Notes: a model not told the origin generated them from the sequence alone. Positions 30,546-40,948 are shown, counted from the first letter of the stretch. The stretch is 64,000 nt of DNA from Planctomycetota bacterium (GCA_038060895.1 JBBTCT010000005.1:37713-101712); one strand, 5' to 3'. Numbers and translations are program-made.

Positions 30546-32300
30546 ATGCGCGTCTACCTCGTGGAATCCGCCGGTTTCTGCTGGGGCGTGAAGGAAGCCC
30601 TGGATCGCGCGCTCGAGATCGCCAAGAGCGACGGGCCGGTCTATTCATACGGGCCGCTGGTGCACAACAAGCAGGTGATGGCGGAGATGGAGAAAGAGCG
30701 CGTGTTCGGCGTCGAGGCCGATGACGCGGGAATCGGGGCGGCCGGAACGGCGACGATCGTGGTGCGCGCGCACGGCGTGCGCCCGGAAGTGATCCAGTCG
30801 CTCGAGCAGCGCGCGAGGGACACGGGCGCGAAATTTCACGACCTCACCTGCCCTCTCGTCCGCATGGTGCACAACGTCATCGGCGGGAACGCGAAGCGCG
30901 GCTGGGACACGGTCATCGTCGGCGACGCGGACCACGCGGAAGTGATCGGGCTCGTGGGGTACGGCACGCCGGGGCGGACGCACGTCGTGGCGAACGCGAA
31001 GGAGGCCGAGAAGCTGCCCGCATTTGAGCGCGTCTGCGTCGTGAGCCAGACGACGCAGGACCGCGAGAATTTCGAGACGACTGCGGAAGAAGTGAAGAAA
31101 AAGGCGCGCACCTACCGCCAGGTCAACACCATCTGCCGCCCGACGCAGGAACGCCAGGAGGAAACGGAAAAGCTCGCGCACGAGGTCAAGCTCGTCGTCG
31201 TCGTGGGCGGCAAGCACAGCGCGAACACCGTGCGCCTCGTGGACCTGCTCAAGCAGTGGGGCTGCGCGGCGCTTCACGTCGAGACGGAGACGGAACTTCG
31301 CGAAGAGGATTTCAAGGGCCACGACACGGTCGGGGTTACGGCAGGTCTTTCCACGCCGCAGTGGATGATCGACCGCGTCGTCGAGCGCCTCGAGAACATC
31401 GGCGGCCGCGCCCGCACGACGCTCGGCGACGTCGCTCGCGGCGCCGGATCCTTCCTCGTAAACACAAACCTCTACGTCGCGGCAGGAGCCGCCGGCCTCG
31501 CCGCCGCGGCGTGCACGCTGCAGAACATCCCCATCCAGTGGCCCTTCCTCGCCGTCCCGGCGCTGTTCGTGCAGTCCATGCACACGCTCAACCGCTTCAT
31601 CGACCGCACCCGCCTCGATTTCTCCGACCGCGTCGCCACGATCCTCTACAAGCGCCGCCCAGTCCCTCTCCTCGTCCTCGGCGCCGCCGCAGGCCTCGCT
31701 TCCGTCGGCATCGCCGCCCTCGCCGGCTGGCTGCCGTTCGCCCTGGCCTGCCTCGGCCTCGTCTGCGGCGGCGTGTACGGGTTCCGGGTTCTTCCGGAAG
31801 CGATCACGTTCCGCCTCGGGATCCGGCGCCTGAAGGACATCCCGGCATCCCGCGACCTTTCGACCGCGATCGGGTGGACGATGATGACGACCGTGTTCCC
31901 CTTCCTCTCCCTCGGGAAACTCCCCGGCGCGACGAACTTCCTCGTCTTCCTCGCAGTGTTCTGCATGGTTTTCCTCCGCACCACCGCTCTCGGCATTCGC
32001 GACGTCGCCGGCGACAAGATCGTCGGCCAGGAGACCGTCTTCAAGGCACTCGGCCGCGCCGCCGCGCGCAACCTCGCCATCTTCATCGGCTTCGCCCTCG
32101 CAGCATCGCTCGGCGCCCTGGCTTTCCCGCTTCACGTGCCGTCCGCCCTCTGGCTCATGCCCGTCGTCGCCTACGTCGCGCTCTACGCGGTCGCGTTTTT
32201 CCGCTGGGGCGCGCCGAAAGGATTCCTCGCGGAGATGGTGACGGACGGCCAGAACCTGCTCGTCGGGGCGATCGTCGCATTGATGCTGTGGCGGGGTTGA
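30546..32300 (+). CDS. ispH: IspH (HMBPP reductase) fused to a UbiA-like prenyltransferase domain
   Basis: GFCWGV, HN, RAHG, TCPLV, HAEV, QTT, NTIC, GGKHSANT, TAG.STP; C-terminal multi-TM with NRFID, LKDIP, IRDVAGDK..G.ET. Confidence 0.9.
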   Translation: MRVYLVESAGFCWGVKEALDRALEIAKSDGPVYSYGPLVHNKQVMAEMEKERVFGVEADDAGIGAAGTATIVVRAHGVRPEVIQSLEQRARDTGAKFHDLTCPLVRMVHNVIGGNAKRGWDTVIVGDADHAEVIGLVGYGTPGRTHVVANAKEAEKLPAFERVCVVSQTTQDRENFETTAEEVKKKARTYRQVNTICRPTQERQEETEKLAHEVKLVVVVGGKHSANTVRLVDLLKQWGCAALHVETETELREEDFKGHDTVGVTAGLSTPQWMIDRVVERLENIGGRARTTLGDVARGAGSFLVNTNLYVAAGAAGLAAAACTLQNIPIQWPFLAVPALFVQSMHTLNRFIDRTRLDFSDRVATILYKRRPVPLLVLGAAAGLASVGIAALAGWLPFALACLGLVCGGVYGFRVLPEAITFRLGIRRLKDIPASRDLSTAIGWTMMTTVFPFLSLGKLPGATNFLVFLAVFCMVFLRTTALGIRDVAGDKIVGQETVFKALGRAAARNLAIFIGFALAASLGALAFPLHVPSALWLMPVVAYVALYAVAFFRWGAPKGFLAEMVTDGQNLLVGAIVALMLWRG

Positions 32301-32302
32301 CC

Positions 32303-33262
32303 ATGCCGGATCCTCAGTTCGCCCCCGTGGGGCGAGGGCACCTGTCGCCGCTCCCGCGGAAAAAAGGCTTCGGCTATTACGTTTCCCTCTTCGCCGCGGC
32401 CCTCGGCGTGTGCGTCGTTGCGGGCCTGTGGACCACGCTTCGGGGCGCGACCGGCCCCTCGCGCGACCGCCGCCGCGCGGGCGAACTCAACGACCAGGCC
32501 GTGGCCGAATTGAAGGGCGGAGACGTCAAACGCGCCCTCCATTCCCTGAACGAGGCCGCCCGACTCGACCCGAAAAACCCGCGGGTGCTCGCCAATCGCG
32601 CGTTCGCGAGGACAAAGGCCGGGGACATCGACGGCGCGCTGGCGGATTGCGAAGCGGCGCTTCGGCTGAATCCGAGCGAAGCGCTCGCGTTCGGGAATCG
32701 CGGGGTCGCGCGCGCCGCGCGGCACGAGTGGCCCGCGGCCAAGGCGGACCTCGACCGCGCGATCGCGCTGGACGCCAGCAACGCATGGGCCTGGGCCAAC
32801 CGCGGCGCCGTCCGCCTCGTGACCGGCGACCTGGACGGCGCCCTGGCGGACTTCAATGAGGCGCTTCGCCGCGACGACGGAATCAGCGAGGCGTACGCGG
32901 GGAGAGCGATGGTGCGCGTGCAGAAGGGCGAATTCGAACCCGCGCTCAAGGATGCGGAGGACGCCCTGCGACGGAACGCAAAAAGCGCCGACGCTCTCGG
33001 CGCGCGCGCGCTGGCCCATCTCGCGCTGGGGAATCCGAAGGAAGCGGAGGCCGACGTGACGGCCGCGATCGAGATCGACGACCAGCAGGGCATGTACCAC
33101 CTGCTGCGCGCCCGCGTCCGCGTGTTCGCCGGCGACCTTCAGGGCGCGAACGAAGACATCGCCGCGGCCCGCAAGGCCGCGGGCGAGGGTACGCCCGGGC
33201 GGAAAGTCGTCGAGGAGGTCGCGAAGGAACTCCTGGGAACCCAGGAGCCCGCCGAGAAGTAG
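32303..33262 (+). CDS. Membrane-anchored TPR protein
   Basis: N-terminal TM, repeated NRG/A...GD.DGALAD...AL.L 34-aa units. Confidence 0.88.
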   Translation: MPDPQFAPVGRGHLSPLPRKKGFGYYVSLFAAALGVCVVAGLWTTLRGATGPSRDRRRAGELNDQAVAELKGGDVKRALHSLNEAARLDPKNPRVLANRAFARTKAGDIDGALADCEAALRLNPSEALAFGNRGVARAARHEWPAAKADLDRAIALDASNAWAWANRGAVRLVTGDLDGALADFNEALRRDDGISEAYAGRAMVRVQKGEFEPALKDAEDALRRNAKSADALGARALAHLALGNPKEAEADVTAAIEIDDQQGMYHLLRARVRVFAGDLQGANEDIAAARKAAGEGTPGRKVVEEVAKELLGTQEPAEK

Positions 33263-33273
33263 CGAAGTCCGGC

Positions 33274-34800
33274 CTACCCGCCCATCACCCGCTTCAGCAC
33301 CACCCGCAGCACGTCCACCGTGAACGGCTTCTTCACGAACGCGTCCACGGCGCCGCCGTCGAAGTCGCGGACGGCGTCCTGTTCGTTGAAGCCGCTGATG
33401 AGAATCACTTTCGCGGCGGGGTTGAGCCGGCGCAGTTCGGGAAGCGCTTTGGAACCGCTCATGCGGGGCATCGTCAGGTCGAGCAGCACCGCCGAAACGG
33501 AACCCCCCATTTCGCGCATCCGTTCGATCGCTTCAAGGCCATCCCCCGCCGTGGCGGTCTTGAAGCCGAGGATCTGAAGGGCGTTCTGGGCAAACTCGCG
33601 GACCTTGGGCTCGTCGTCGACGACGAGGACGGTGCCGGCGCCACGCCAGGGGTCCTCGATGCGGGCGGATTCACCGCGGACGCGCGGGGCGAGCGAGGAA
33701 CCGGCCGGGAACGCGACGGTAAAGGTGGTGCCCTTGCCCGGCTCCGAGTCGACGCGGATGGCGCCCTTGTGGCCGCGGACGATCCCGAGGACCGCCGAGA
33801 GGCCGAGGCCTCTTCCCGTCGATTTCGTCGTGAAGAACGGGTCGAAGATTCGGGCCTTCGTGGCGGCGTCCATGCCGCATCCGGAGTCGCCGATCGAGAG
33901 AAAAACAAAGTCGCCTTCCGGGAGGTCTGCGGCGTGGGCGCAGCCGGCGAGCCAGTCACGGTCGGCGCGGGCGAGACGGGTGCCGACGGTGATCGTGCCG
34001 GGTTTGCCGCCGATCGCCTGGGCGGCGTTGATCACGAGGTTCATGACGACCTGTCGCAGCTGAGTCAGGTCCGCTTCGACCTTCGGCAGCATCGCGGCGA
34101 GGTCGTACTTGAGGGTGACGTCCTTCGACATCGACACGCGGAGCAGTTCGGCCATTTCCTGCGCGAGCCCGTTGAGATCGACGCGCTGCAGCACGAACAT
34201 CCCGCGGCCCGAGTACGCCAGCATCTGGCCGGCGAGGTCCGCCGCCCTCTCGGCGGCCGTCTCGATGTCGTCGCACATGTCCCACTCGCGCGATCCGTGG
34301 GGGACGAGCGCCTTCAGCGTCGAAGCGTTTCCCATCACGACCGTCAGCAGGTTGTTGAAGTCGTGCGCGATGCCGCCCGCCAGCAGCCCGAGGCTCTCCA
34401 GCACTTGCCCGTCCCGCAACTTCTTCTCCAGCGCCCGCCGGTCCGACATGTCACGAAGGATGGCAGACGCGCCGGTCGGCTGCCCGCCGTGGGTCACGGG
34501 CGAGAGCGTGAGCGAGACGTCAAGCTCCCCTCCCCCGGGCTTGCGGAGAGCGAGTTCCCGGCGCACGCGCTCCCCGCGCCGCACGGATTCGAGCAACGCC
34601 GCAGGCTCGGCCGCCCGCGCCGCGGGCCAGAGCCACGACAGCGGCCGGCCGACCGCCTCGAGACGCGGCTTTCCGAACAGCCGCTCCGCCGCCGGGTTCC
34701 AGGAAACGATCGTCCCGTCGAGAGCCATGCCGACGATCGCGTCGTCGGAGGAGTCGACGATCATGGAAGACAGGTGGGCCAGGAGGCGGGAGTCGGACAT
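33274..34800 (-). CDS. Hybrid PAS histidine kinase / receiver (CckA-like)
   Basis: PAS SSDDAI...WNPAAE, AGGIAHDFNNLL, NLVINA, FDPFFTTK, GRGLGL, receiver VVDDE/LDLTMP. Confidence 0.93.
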   Translation of the reverse strand: MSDSRLLAHLSSMIVDSSDDAIVGMALDGTIVSWNPAAERLFGKPRLEAVGRPLSWLWPAARAAEPAALLESVRRGERVRRELALRKPGGGELDVSLTLSPVTHGGQPTGASAILRDMSDRRALEKKLRDGQVLESLGLLAGGIAHDFNNLLTVVMGNASTLKALVPHGSREWDMCDDIETAAERAADLAGQMLAYSGRGMFVLQRVDLNGLAQEMAELLRVSMSKDVTLKYDLAAMLPKVEADLTQLRQVVMNLVINAAQAIGGKPGTITVGTRLARADRDWLAGCAHAADLPEGDFVFLSIGDSGCGMDAATKARIFDPFFTTKSTGRGLGLSAVLGIVRGHKGAIRVDSEPGKGTTFTVAFPAGSSLAPRVRGESARIEDPWRGAGTVLVVDDEPKVREFAQNALQILGFKTATAGDGLEAIERMREMGGSVSAVLLDLTMPRMSGSKALPELRRLNPAAKVILISGFNEQDAVRDFDGGAVDAFVKKPFTVDVLRVVLKRVMGG

Positions 34801-34882
34801 CTACGCGTGAATGATCAATTTTCCAATTTCAATACTCAATGATCAATTGACGGCAGGTCAACGGCTGCAGCCGGAACAGCCG

Positions 34883-36313
34883 TTACTTCAGGTTCTTGAA
34901 ATAGTCCTGGTACTCGCGGTCCAGCGCGTCCAGGTCGCCGAAACACCGCTCCGCCGCCTCCCGGCCGCCCTCCCCCTGCACTTCCAGGGTGAAGTACCCG
35001 AAGAATGCCTGCCTGTATCTCTTGTCCTCGTGTTTCAGCAGGAAATAGACGAGGGCCCAGGACTGCGCCGCTGTGTCCTGAATATAAGTTCGTTTCCTGG
35101 GATCGGCCCGTTCGCGCGCGTACTGCAGGAAGGACACGTCCATGAAGTCCCGGAGCTTTTTCTGCTTGCCGCTCGAAATCATCCTTCTCACGTACGGCAT
35201 GTACTCCGCGGATCTCTCTCCAAGCACAAAGCCGCCCTTCACGTCGCGCTTGAAGCATTCGAAGTACGCCGAAAGTCCCTCGGAAAACCAGGCCATCTCG
35301 GAGTCGATCAGTTTTCTGCGGTCATCCAGCCGCGATCCCGAAATCGCGTGGACGACGGCGTGGGTGCACAGGTGAAAAAGTGTCTCATACAGCTGGATCG
35401 TGTCCTTGTAGAGGTGAATTTCGCCCGTCCGGTTGTCGAAGTGGCCCCCGGCCCATGGCGTCGGGTTCGAAATTGAGTGATACCTCTCGCTGGACTCAAA
35501 AATGTAGACGAGGGTCGCGTCGTCCGCGGCATGTGCGGAGGCATCGAACAGCGAGCCGTATTCACCGCAGAAGATCCCGTAAAACGTGTTCACCACGTCC
35601 TTGAAGTCCCGCAACATCAGTTCTGCGCTGTACGCGTCGGACTTCTCCATGCAGAGGAGAAACGGCGAATTCGGGGAACAGTCGAGCCAGACGCGGGAAT
35701 CTTCGGGCCGATTGCCCAGGATCGAACACTCCCAGGTCAACACCGCTACTTTTCGTTCCCGCGCCGAGAGGGCAGACTCTTCAAGCCGTTTTGACTTCAG
35801 CCAGTCCGCCCAGGGTAGCCGGCCCGTGGCCCTGGCTTCAGCATCCCTCTCCTTTTCGACGACTTCGCGCGCAACCGCGTCATCCGGCCGGAGCTTCAGG
35901 ATCTCCTGAGCGAGCGCAAGCGCTTCCTCGTGAAGCGCCGCCTTTTCCAGCCAGCGGACCACGAGCTGGAGGTTCTCCGGGTCCACGCCGGCAGCAGGAA
36001 GTTTGGTGTCGCGATAGATCACGCGCAGCCTGGCACGGGCTCGTGAGTGGTTTCGGTCGAGTTTCACGGTTTTGACGTAGTACTGCTCCGCCGCTTCCAG
36101 GTCGCCCAGCTTCTCGCAGATTTCGGCGTACTCGAAGGCCGCGGACGGGCTGTCGTCCGCGTATCGCCGGAGTCTTTCCCTGAGCGCGGCGGTGTCGTCC
36201 AGGGGCGCGGGCGCCTGCGGAGGAGGGCGATCGGGAACGAAAAGCACGATCCCGACGATCACAAGCCCGGGAAGGGCGAGACAGAGAATCAGTGTCCGAA
36301 GGCGGCGATTCAT
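34883..36313 (-). CDS. TM-TPR-DUF1570-like metallopeptidase homolog lacking the catalytic Glu
   Basis: Close paralog of 38468-40444; HExxH reads HLCTH, WFSEGL retained. Confidence 0.75.
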   Translation of the reverse strand: MNRRLRTLILCLALPGLVIVGIVLFVPDRPPPQAPAPLDDTAALRERLRRYADDSPSAAFEYAEICEKLGDLEAAEQYYVKTVKLDRNHSRARARLRVIYRDTKLPAAGVDPENLQLVVRWLEKAALHEEALALAQEILKLRPDDAVAREVVEKERDAEARATGRLPWADWLKSKRLEESALSARERKVAVLTWECSILGNRPEDSRVWLDCSPNSPFLLCMEKSDAYSAELMLRDFKDVVNTFYGIFCGEYGSLFDASAHAADDATLVYIFESSERYHSISNPTPWAGGHFDNRTGEIHLYKDTIQLYETLFHLCTHAVVHAISGSRLDDRRKLIDSEMAWFSEGLSAYFECFKRDVKGGFVLGERSAEYMPYVRRMISSGKQKKLRDFMDVSFLQYARERADPRKRTYIQDTAAQSWALVYFLLKHEDKRYRQAFFGYFTLEVQGEGGREAAERCFGDLDALDREYQDYFKNLK

Positions 36314-36387
36314 GCGGAAGCCATGATATCGCACGTGGTCGCCGCTCCTCATCCGGAGCCGTTTCGCCCATAATTGCGCTTCTCCCC

Positions 36388-37212
36388 ATGCGAATCCTCT
36401 TCGCCTCCGACTTCCACGGCACGATCCCCTACTTCGATGCGTTCGCGAAGCTCGCGCGGCGCCTGAAGCCGGACGCGCTGCTTCTCGGCGGGGACCTCTT
36501 CGACAATTCCTCGCCGGTCGAAATCGCGCCGGTCGCGCAGCGGCAGACGGCGGAAGGGTGGTTCAAGGAGTGGTGCGACGGGGCGCCGGCGCCGGTGTAC
36601 TGGATCGCCGGGAACCACGAGTGGAGGACGGTGACGGATCCGCCGGCGCGGGCGGGAACGTACGTCGGGGAGCGGATGGTCGCGCTCGGCGACTGGGACC
36701 TGGTCGGCTTCTCCTTCTGTTCGCCGACGCCGTACTGGCTGATCGATCACGAGCGGCCGGAGGAAGCGCCGAACCGCCACGAGCCGAGATTCCGGTGCTA
36801 TGCCTCGACCGGCGACAAGGCGGAACTGGTGGAGAAACCGGAAGAGTGGCTCGCGAAGCGCCCGACGCTGGCGTCGATGCTGCGCGAGCTGCCGAGACCC
36901 CGGTCGTGGCGCAAGACGATCTTCATGGCGCACAATCCACCGTTCGACTCCGGCCTGGACCTCCGTTACGGAAACCTGCCGGTCGGCAGCTCGGACATCC
37001 GCAATTTCATTCTCGCGACAAAGCCGGCCATCTCGCTTCATGGTCACATTCACGAAGCGCCGATTCTCACCGGCAAGCCGATGCACAAGGTCGGACGCAC
37101 CTGGGGGTTCAATGCCGGCCGCGACCGCGACCACCAGGGGCTGCGCGCGCTCTGGATCGATCCTGACAAGCCTGAGGAACACGTGCTGCACGGCGGGAAG
37201 CCTATTGCTTAA
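36388..37212 (+). CDS. Metallophosphoesterase (Icc-like)
   Basis: SDFHG, GGDL, GNHE, HNPP, HGHIHE. Confidence 0.9.
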   Translation: MRILFASDFHGTIPYFDAFAKLARRLKPDALLLGGDLFDNSSPVEIAPVAQRQTAEGWFKEWCDGAPAPVYWIAGNHEWRTVTDPPARAGTYVGERMVALGDWDLVGFSFCSPTPYWLIDHERPEEAPNRHEPRFRCYASTGDKAELVEKPEEWLAKRPTLASMLRELPRPRSWRKTIFMAHNPPFDSGLDLRYGNLPVGSSDIRNFILATKPAISLHGHIHEAPILTGKPMHKVGRTWGFNAGRDRDHQGLRALWIDPDKPEEHVLHGGKPIA

Positions 37213-38365
37213 GCTGCTTCACGAACTCCCGGTACTCACGGTCCAGCACCTCCAGATCTCCGAAGCACGCCTTCGCGGCCTCCAGGCCACCTTTCCCGCT
37301 GAGTTCGCTTTCCGCGTAACGGTCGAGCTCGCCGCGGCGTTTCCCGTCGCCGGACATCTCGAGGAAGGCGACGAAAGCCCAGCTCTGCGAGGCAACTGCA
37401 AACGCTTCACGGGGATCGGGGGAAGCGTCCAGGTCGGCGAACGTCGGTGCAAGCAGGGCGGGAAGGGGCTTCATTTTTTTCTCGCGGACCGCGGCGCGGA
37501 CGTCGGTGAGATTCCGGGAGACGCCCTTGCCCGGGTGCAGGTGTGCCTGTCCGTCCGGGCGCGCGGCCGAGAGAAACTCTGCCGTGCCGTTCCAGAACCA
37601 TGCGGCGAGCGAGGCCGTGGGAATCCCCTCGCGTGGCGCGCGAGCGCGGGCGAGCGCGATCCAGCACTGCCAGGTCGCTTCATGAAGCGCGCTCTCCTTC
37701 AGCTCGCGGCGGCCGCGGGACAGAAACGCCCAACCGGAGTGGAGATTCGTGTGGCTGATCGCAAACGCAGGCGGTTTCGCCCGCCGGAGGTATTCGTCCC
37801 GCGACGCCAGGACAACGACTGGCGCGATCCAGCCCGGATCGGGGGGACGGGATTCAAAGAGGGACTTGAAGCGCGCCCGGAAGTCGGCGTGGAATTCACC
37901 CAGGGCAGCGGCGAGATCGGCTGCGATGACGGGAGCGGAAGCGTCGGGCGTTTCCTCGACGGCCACGATCCATGGCGCCCGGACGACGGGCAATTCGACG
38001 GCCTTCTTCGTCCCCCAGAGCAGATCCATCTCCCGCTTCGCCAGAGCCGCCCCGCGCAACAGTCCGGAGAGAACCGCAACCTCCCTGGAGGATTCATACA
38101 GGGCCAGCGCCGCCGAGATTTCCTTTCTCCCCTCGACGCCCACGCGCGCACCGCGCCATTCGTCGTCCGGGCCGGGGTTCGGTTCCACTCCCAGCAGGCT
38201 GACCGGCGGCTTCGGCGGTTCGTCGTTGGGTTTCGGCACTTCGACGATTCCGGGCTGCGTCGGCGCCGGCGGTTTCTTCCCGGCCGGCCGCCCGCCCCAG
38301 AAAGCGGCTACGAGGATTCCGGTGAAGGCCGTGAGTGAGACGATGGAGAGGAGAGCACGGCGCAT
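37202..38365 (-). CDS. DUF1570-like peptidase homolog, degenerate
   Basis: LHEATWQ...WFWNGTAEF, SQSWAFV.FL, tail CFGDLEVLDREYREF shared with the two paralogs. Confidence 0.65.
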   Translation of the reverse strand: MRRALLSIVSLTAFTGILVAAFWGGRPAGKKPPAPTQPGIVEVPKPNDEPPKPPVSLLGVEPNPGPDDEWRGARVGVEGRKEISAALALYESSREVAVLSGLLRGAALAKREMDLLWGTKKAVELPVVRAPWIVAVEETPDASAPVIAADLAAALGEFHADFRARFKSLFESRPPDPGWIAPVVVLASRDEYLRRAKPPAFAISHTNLHSGWAFLSRGRRELKESALHEATWQCWIALARARAPREGIPTASLAAWFWNGTAEFLSAARPDGQAHLHPGKGVSRNLTDVRAAVREKKMKPLPALLAPTFADLDASPDPREAFAVASQSWAFVAFLEMSGDGKRRGELDRYAESELSGKGGLEAAKACFGDLEVLDREYREFVKQLKQ

Positions 38366-38415
38366 GGACTCGCATGATAACGACCCGGGAACCGTGAGGA
38401 CGCGGCCCCATCCAT

Positions 38416-38446
38416 AAAAAAAACCGGCCCCGCTGGGGGGCCGGTT
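38416..38446 (-). terminator. Rho-independent terminator
   Basis: CCGGCCCC/GGGGCCGG stem followed by T8 on the minus strand, just after the stop at 38468. Confidence 0.85.
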
Positions 38447-38467
38447 TCGAAGGTCGTCCCGGAACTC

Positions 38468-40444
38468 TTACTTCATCGCCTTGTAGAAATCCTCGTACTC
38501 CTTGTTCAGTTTCTCGAGGTCCCCGAAGCACTCCTTCGCCCCGTCGAAACTCCCGCCCTTGTCCACCTCGATCTTGAAGTACTTGTTGAACGCGTCCTTG
38601 TACTTGCCGTTCTCGTAGGTGTACAGGAAGTACACGACGGACCACGATTGCGCGTACATGTCCTGTACGTAAGTTCGTTTCGCCGGGTTCCTCGACTCCA
38701 TGGCGAACTGCATGTAGTTGATGTTCATCAGGTCCTTCAGCTTCTTGTGCTTTCCGTCCGCGATCATCTTTTTCATGTACGGCTTGTAGTTGCTGGAGAC
38801 CTCGCCCAGCAGGAAGCCGCCCTGCGCGTCGCGCTTGAAGCTCTCGAAGAACGTCGCGATCCCTTCCGTGAACCAGAACATGTTCACGCTGCGCCGCTCG
38901 CTCAGCTTCTCGACCTTCATCTGCGAGACGGTGTGGACGAGCTGGTGAATGCCCTCGTGGAAGAGGGTCTCGTAGAGCTGGCTCGTGTCCTTGTAGATGA
39001 AAATCCTGCCGGTGCCGGGCTCGAAGTGACCGCCGGCCCACGGCGTCGGGTTGGCGATCTCGTGGTAACGCTGGCTCGATTCAAAGATGTAGATGAAGCA
39101 GACTTCGTTGGCGCCGAACGACTTGACGTCGAATAGTGCGCTGTACTTGTCGAAGAACAGCTTGTAGAGGTGGACCATGATGTCCCGGAAGTCCTTGAGC
39201 ATCAGCTCGGCGCTGTAGCTCGAGGACTTCTCCATGCACAGGACGTGCGGAGAGTCCGGAGCGCAGTCCAGGTAGACACGGTCGTCCGGGCCCTTGTTGC
39301 CGTAGGCCTTGAAGTCCTCCTTCATCGAGAAGACCTTCTTCTCGCGAGGCCCCAGCTTGTCGTAATCGGCGTTTTTGGCCGTGGCTGCCGTCGCCGTCTG
39401 GGCAAGGTCCGCTTCCATCTTGTCGTACCACTTGCCGTTCACCTTCACGTCGCCGATCAGCAGGTGCGCCTTCTCGGAGTCCGGGGCGTGAATCTTGACC
39501 ATGGACGTTGCGAGTGCGAACGCCTCGTCGTCCAGCGCCGCCTTCTGGAGCCAGTCCAGGAGGCCGTCGAGCTTCGCAGGATCGCTTCCCGCTTCCTGCT
39601 TCTTCTGGTTCGTGTAGACCCAGCGCAGCTTGTCCTGCGCCTTCGTGTACTTCCGGTCGAGCTTGACGGCCTTCATGTAATACTGGACCGCCGTCTCGCG
39701 ATCGCCCTTCTTCTCGCAAGCCTCGCCGAACTCATAAGCCGCGCTCGGGCTGTCGTCGGCGTACTTCCGCATCTTCTCGAACGCCTCGTCCTGTTTCGCG
39801 GACGAAGAGCCCTTTTCTCCCTTGCCGTCCTCGTCCTTCTTGCCGGCCATGACGAAACCGACGATGGCAATGACGACGACAAGGGCGCCTCCGCCGATGC
39901 CTGCGAACAACATCGTGTTGTTTTTCTTCGGGGCAACGGGCATTCCCGACCCGCTACGGCCACCGGCAGGAACTCCCGCGCGGCCACGACCCGGCGATGA
40001 GTGCGCGACCGGGGCGCTTCGGCCACGCGCGCCCGCCGAACGGCTCAGGCGCATCGGCTGCGATTCAGGTTCCGGCTCGGGTTCAGGCTCGGGCTCCGGC
40101 TCCGGCTCGGGCTCCGGCCGCCGCGCCGCCGAACGACGCATGGTCGGCGCCGTCGAAGAGGGTGCCGGGGGCCGCGGCCCGGAGCGCTGCGCGGCGGGCC
40201 GGGCTGCGGGGCGACCTGCGCTCGAAGGGCTCTCCGATACCTCCGAGCCCCGCTTGCGGAATACGTTCGTCGTCTGCGGGGAATCCTCGGGGAAGAAGTC
40301 GGCAGGCATCTCCTCGGTCGGCGCAGCGTCTTCGCCGGGGACCGTGAAGACCGACTTGCATTTGCCACATTTGAGCTGTTTGCCGGGAGTAAATGACGAA
40401 ATGTCGAACCGGGCGCCGCATTCCTCGCACTCGTATAGCTTCAT
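38468..40444 (-). CDS. Zn-ribbon - disordered linker - TM - TPR - DUF1570 gluzincin-type metallopeptidase
   Basis: CEECG...CGKC, (PE)n linker, TM, TPR, intact LFHEGIHQL plus WFTEGIATFFE, YAQSWSVVYFL. Confidence 0.85.
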   Translation of the reverse strand: MKLYECEECGARFDISSFTPGKQLKCGKCKSVFTVPGEDAAPTEEMPADFFPEDSPQTTNVFRKRGSEVSESPSSAGRPAARPAAQRSGPRPPAPSSTAPTMRRSAARRPEPEPEPEPEPEPEPEPESQPMRLSRSAGARGRSAPVAHSSPGRGRAGVPAGGRSGSGMPVAPKKNNTMLFAGIGGGALVVVIAIVGFVMAGKKDEDGKGEKGSSSAKQDEAFEKMRKYADDSPSAAYEFGEACEKKGDRETAVQYYMKAVKLDRKYTKAQDKLRWVYTNQKKQEAGSDPAKLDGLLDWLQKAALDDEAFALATSMVKIHAPDSEKAHLLIGDVKVNGKWYDKMEADLAQTATAATAKNADYDKLGPREKKVFSMKEDFKAYGNKGPDDRVYLDCAPDSPHVLCMEKSSSYSAELMLKDFRDIMVHLYKLFFDKYSALFDVKSFGANEVCFIYIFESSQRYHEIANPTPWAGGHFEPGTGRIFIYKDTSQLYETLFHEGIHQLVHTVSQMKVEKLSERRSVNMFWFTEGIATFFESFKRDAQGGFLLGEVSSNYKPYMKKMIADGKHKKLKDLMNINYMQFAMESRNPAKRTYVQDMYAQSWSVVYFLYTYENGKYKDAFNKYFKIEVDKGGSFDGAKECFGDLEKLNKEYEDFYKAMK

Positions 40445-40540
40445 CGGGCAGCTCCGTGCTGGGCCTGAAGAAACTCGGGGATGCCGGGATACTCCGGCAC
40501 CATTAGAACGCCGCCGGAGACACACCCGTTCCCTGCATTC

Positions 40541-40942
40541 TCATATTCTACGAAAATCCCAGGCCGGGCGTGGGCCGGGATTCCGGAATTCGAGCAGGAA
40601 TTTTCCGGCGAGAAGCGCGCCCGAGAGCTCAAGGATAATCCGGGTCTCTCCCCAGTCCGCGATGCAGGTCCCCGTGTCCAGCCGCTTCACCCTCCCGCGG
40701 CCTCCCGAAATCTCCCCCTCGTAGTCGAGGTAAGCGAGCCGGTGGTCGAAATGCTGAAGCGCTTCGATCGAAAACGCGCCAGGCACGGGCGGCGAAGCGA
40801 GCGACCACGTTTTCAGGGTGCCTTGACGCTCGATGAAGAGGTCCCAGTGAAGGGGCGTCGTGGAGTGTTCCGAAACCGTGAACCTCCCGCTCTGGATCCG
40901 CGCCACATCCACCCGCCTTTCGTCAGTGCCTTTCCTACTCAC
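40541..40942 (-). CDS. Stand-alone LigD 3'-phosphoesterase (LigD_N)-like protein
   Basis: F...EH....LHWDL..E..G.LKTW...DHR..YLDYEGEI...G.V...D.GT. Start uncertain. Confidence 0.8.
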   Translation of the reverse strand: MSRKGTDERRVDVARIQSGRFTVSEHSTTPLHWDLFIERQGTLKTWSLASPPVPGAFSIEALQHFDHRLAYLDYEGEISGGRGRVKRLDTGTCIADWGETRIILELSGALLAGKFLLEFRNPGPRPAWDFRRI

Positions 40943-40948
40943 TACCCC

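Noticed and set aside
40067-40116. GGCTCC/GGTTCA tandem repeat
   Set aside because: Encodes a (Pro-Glu)n linker in the peptidase gene.
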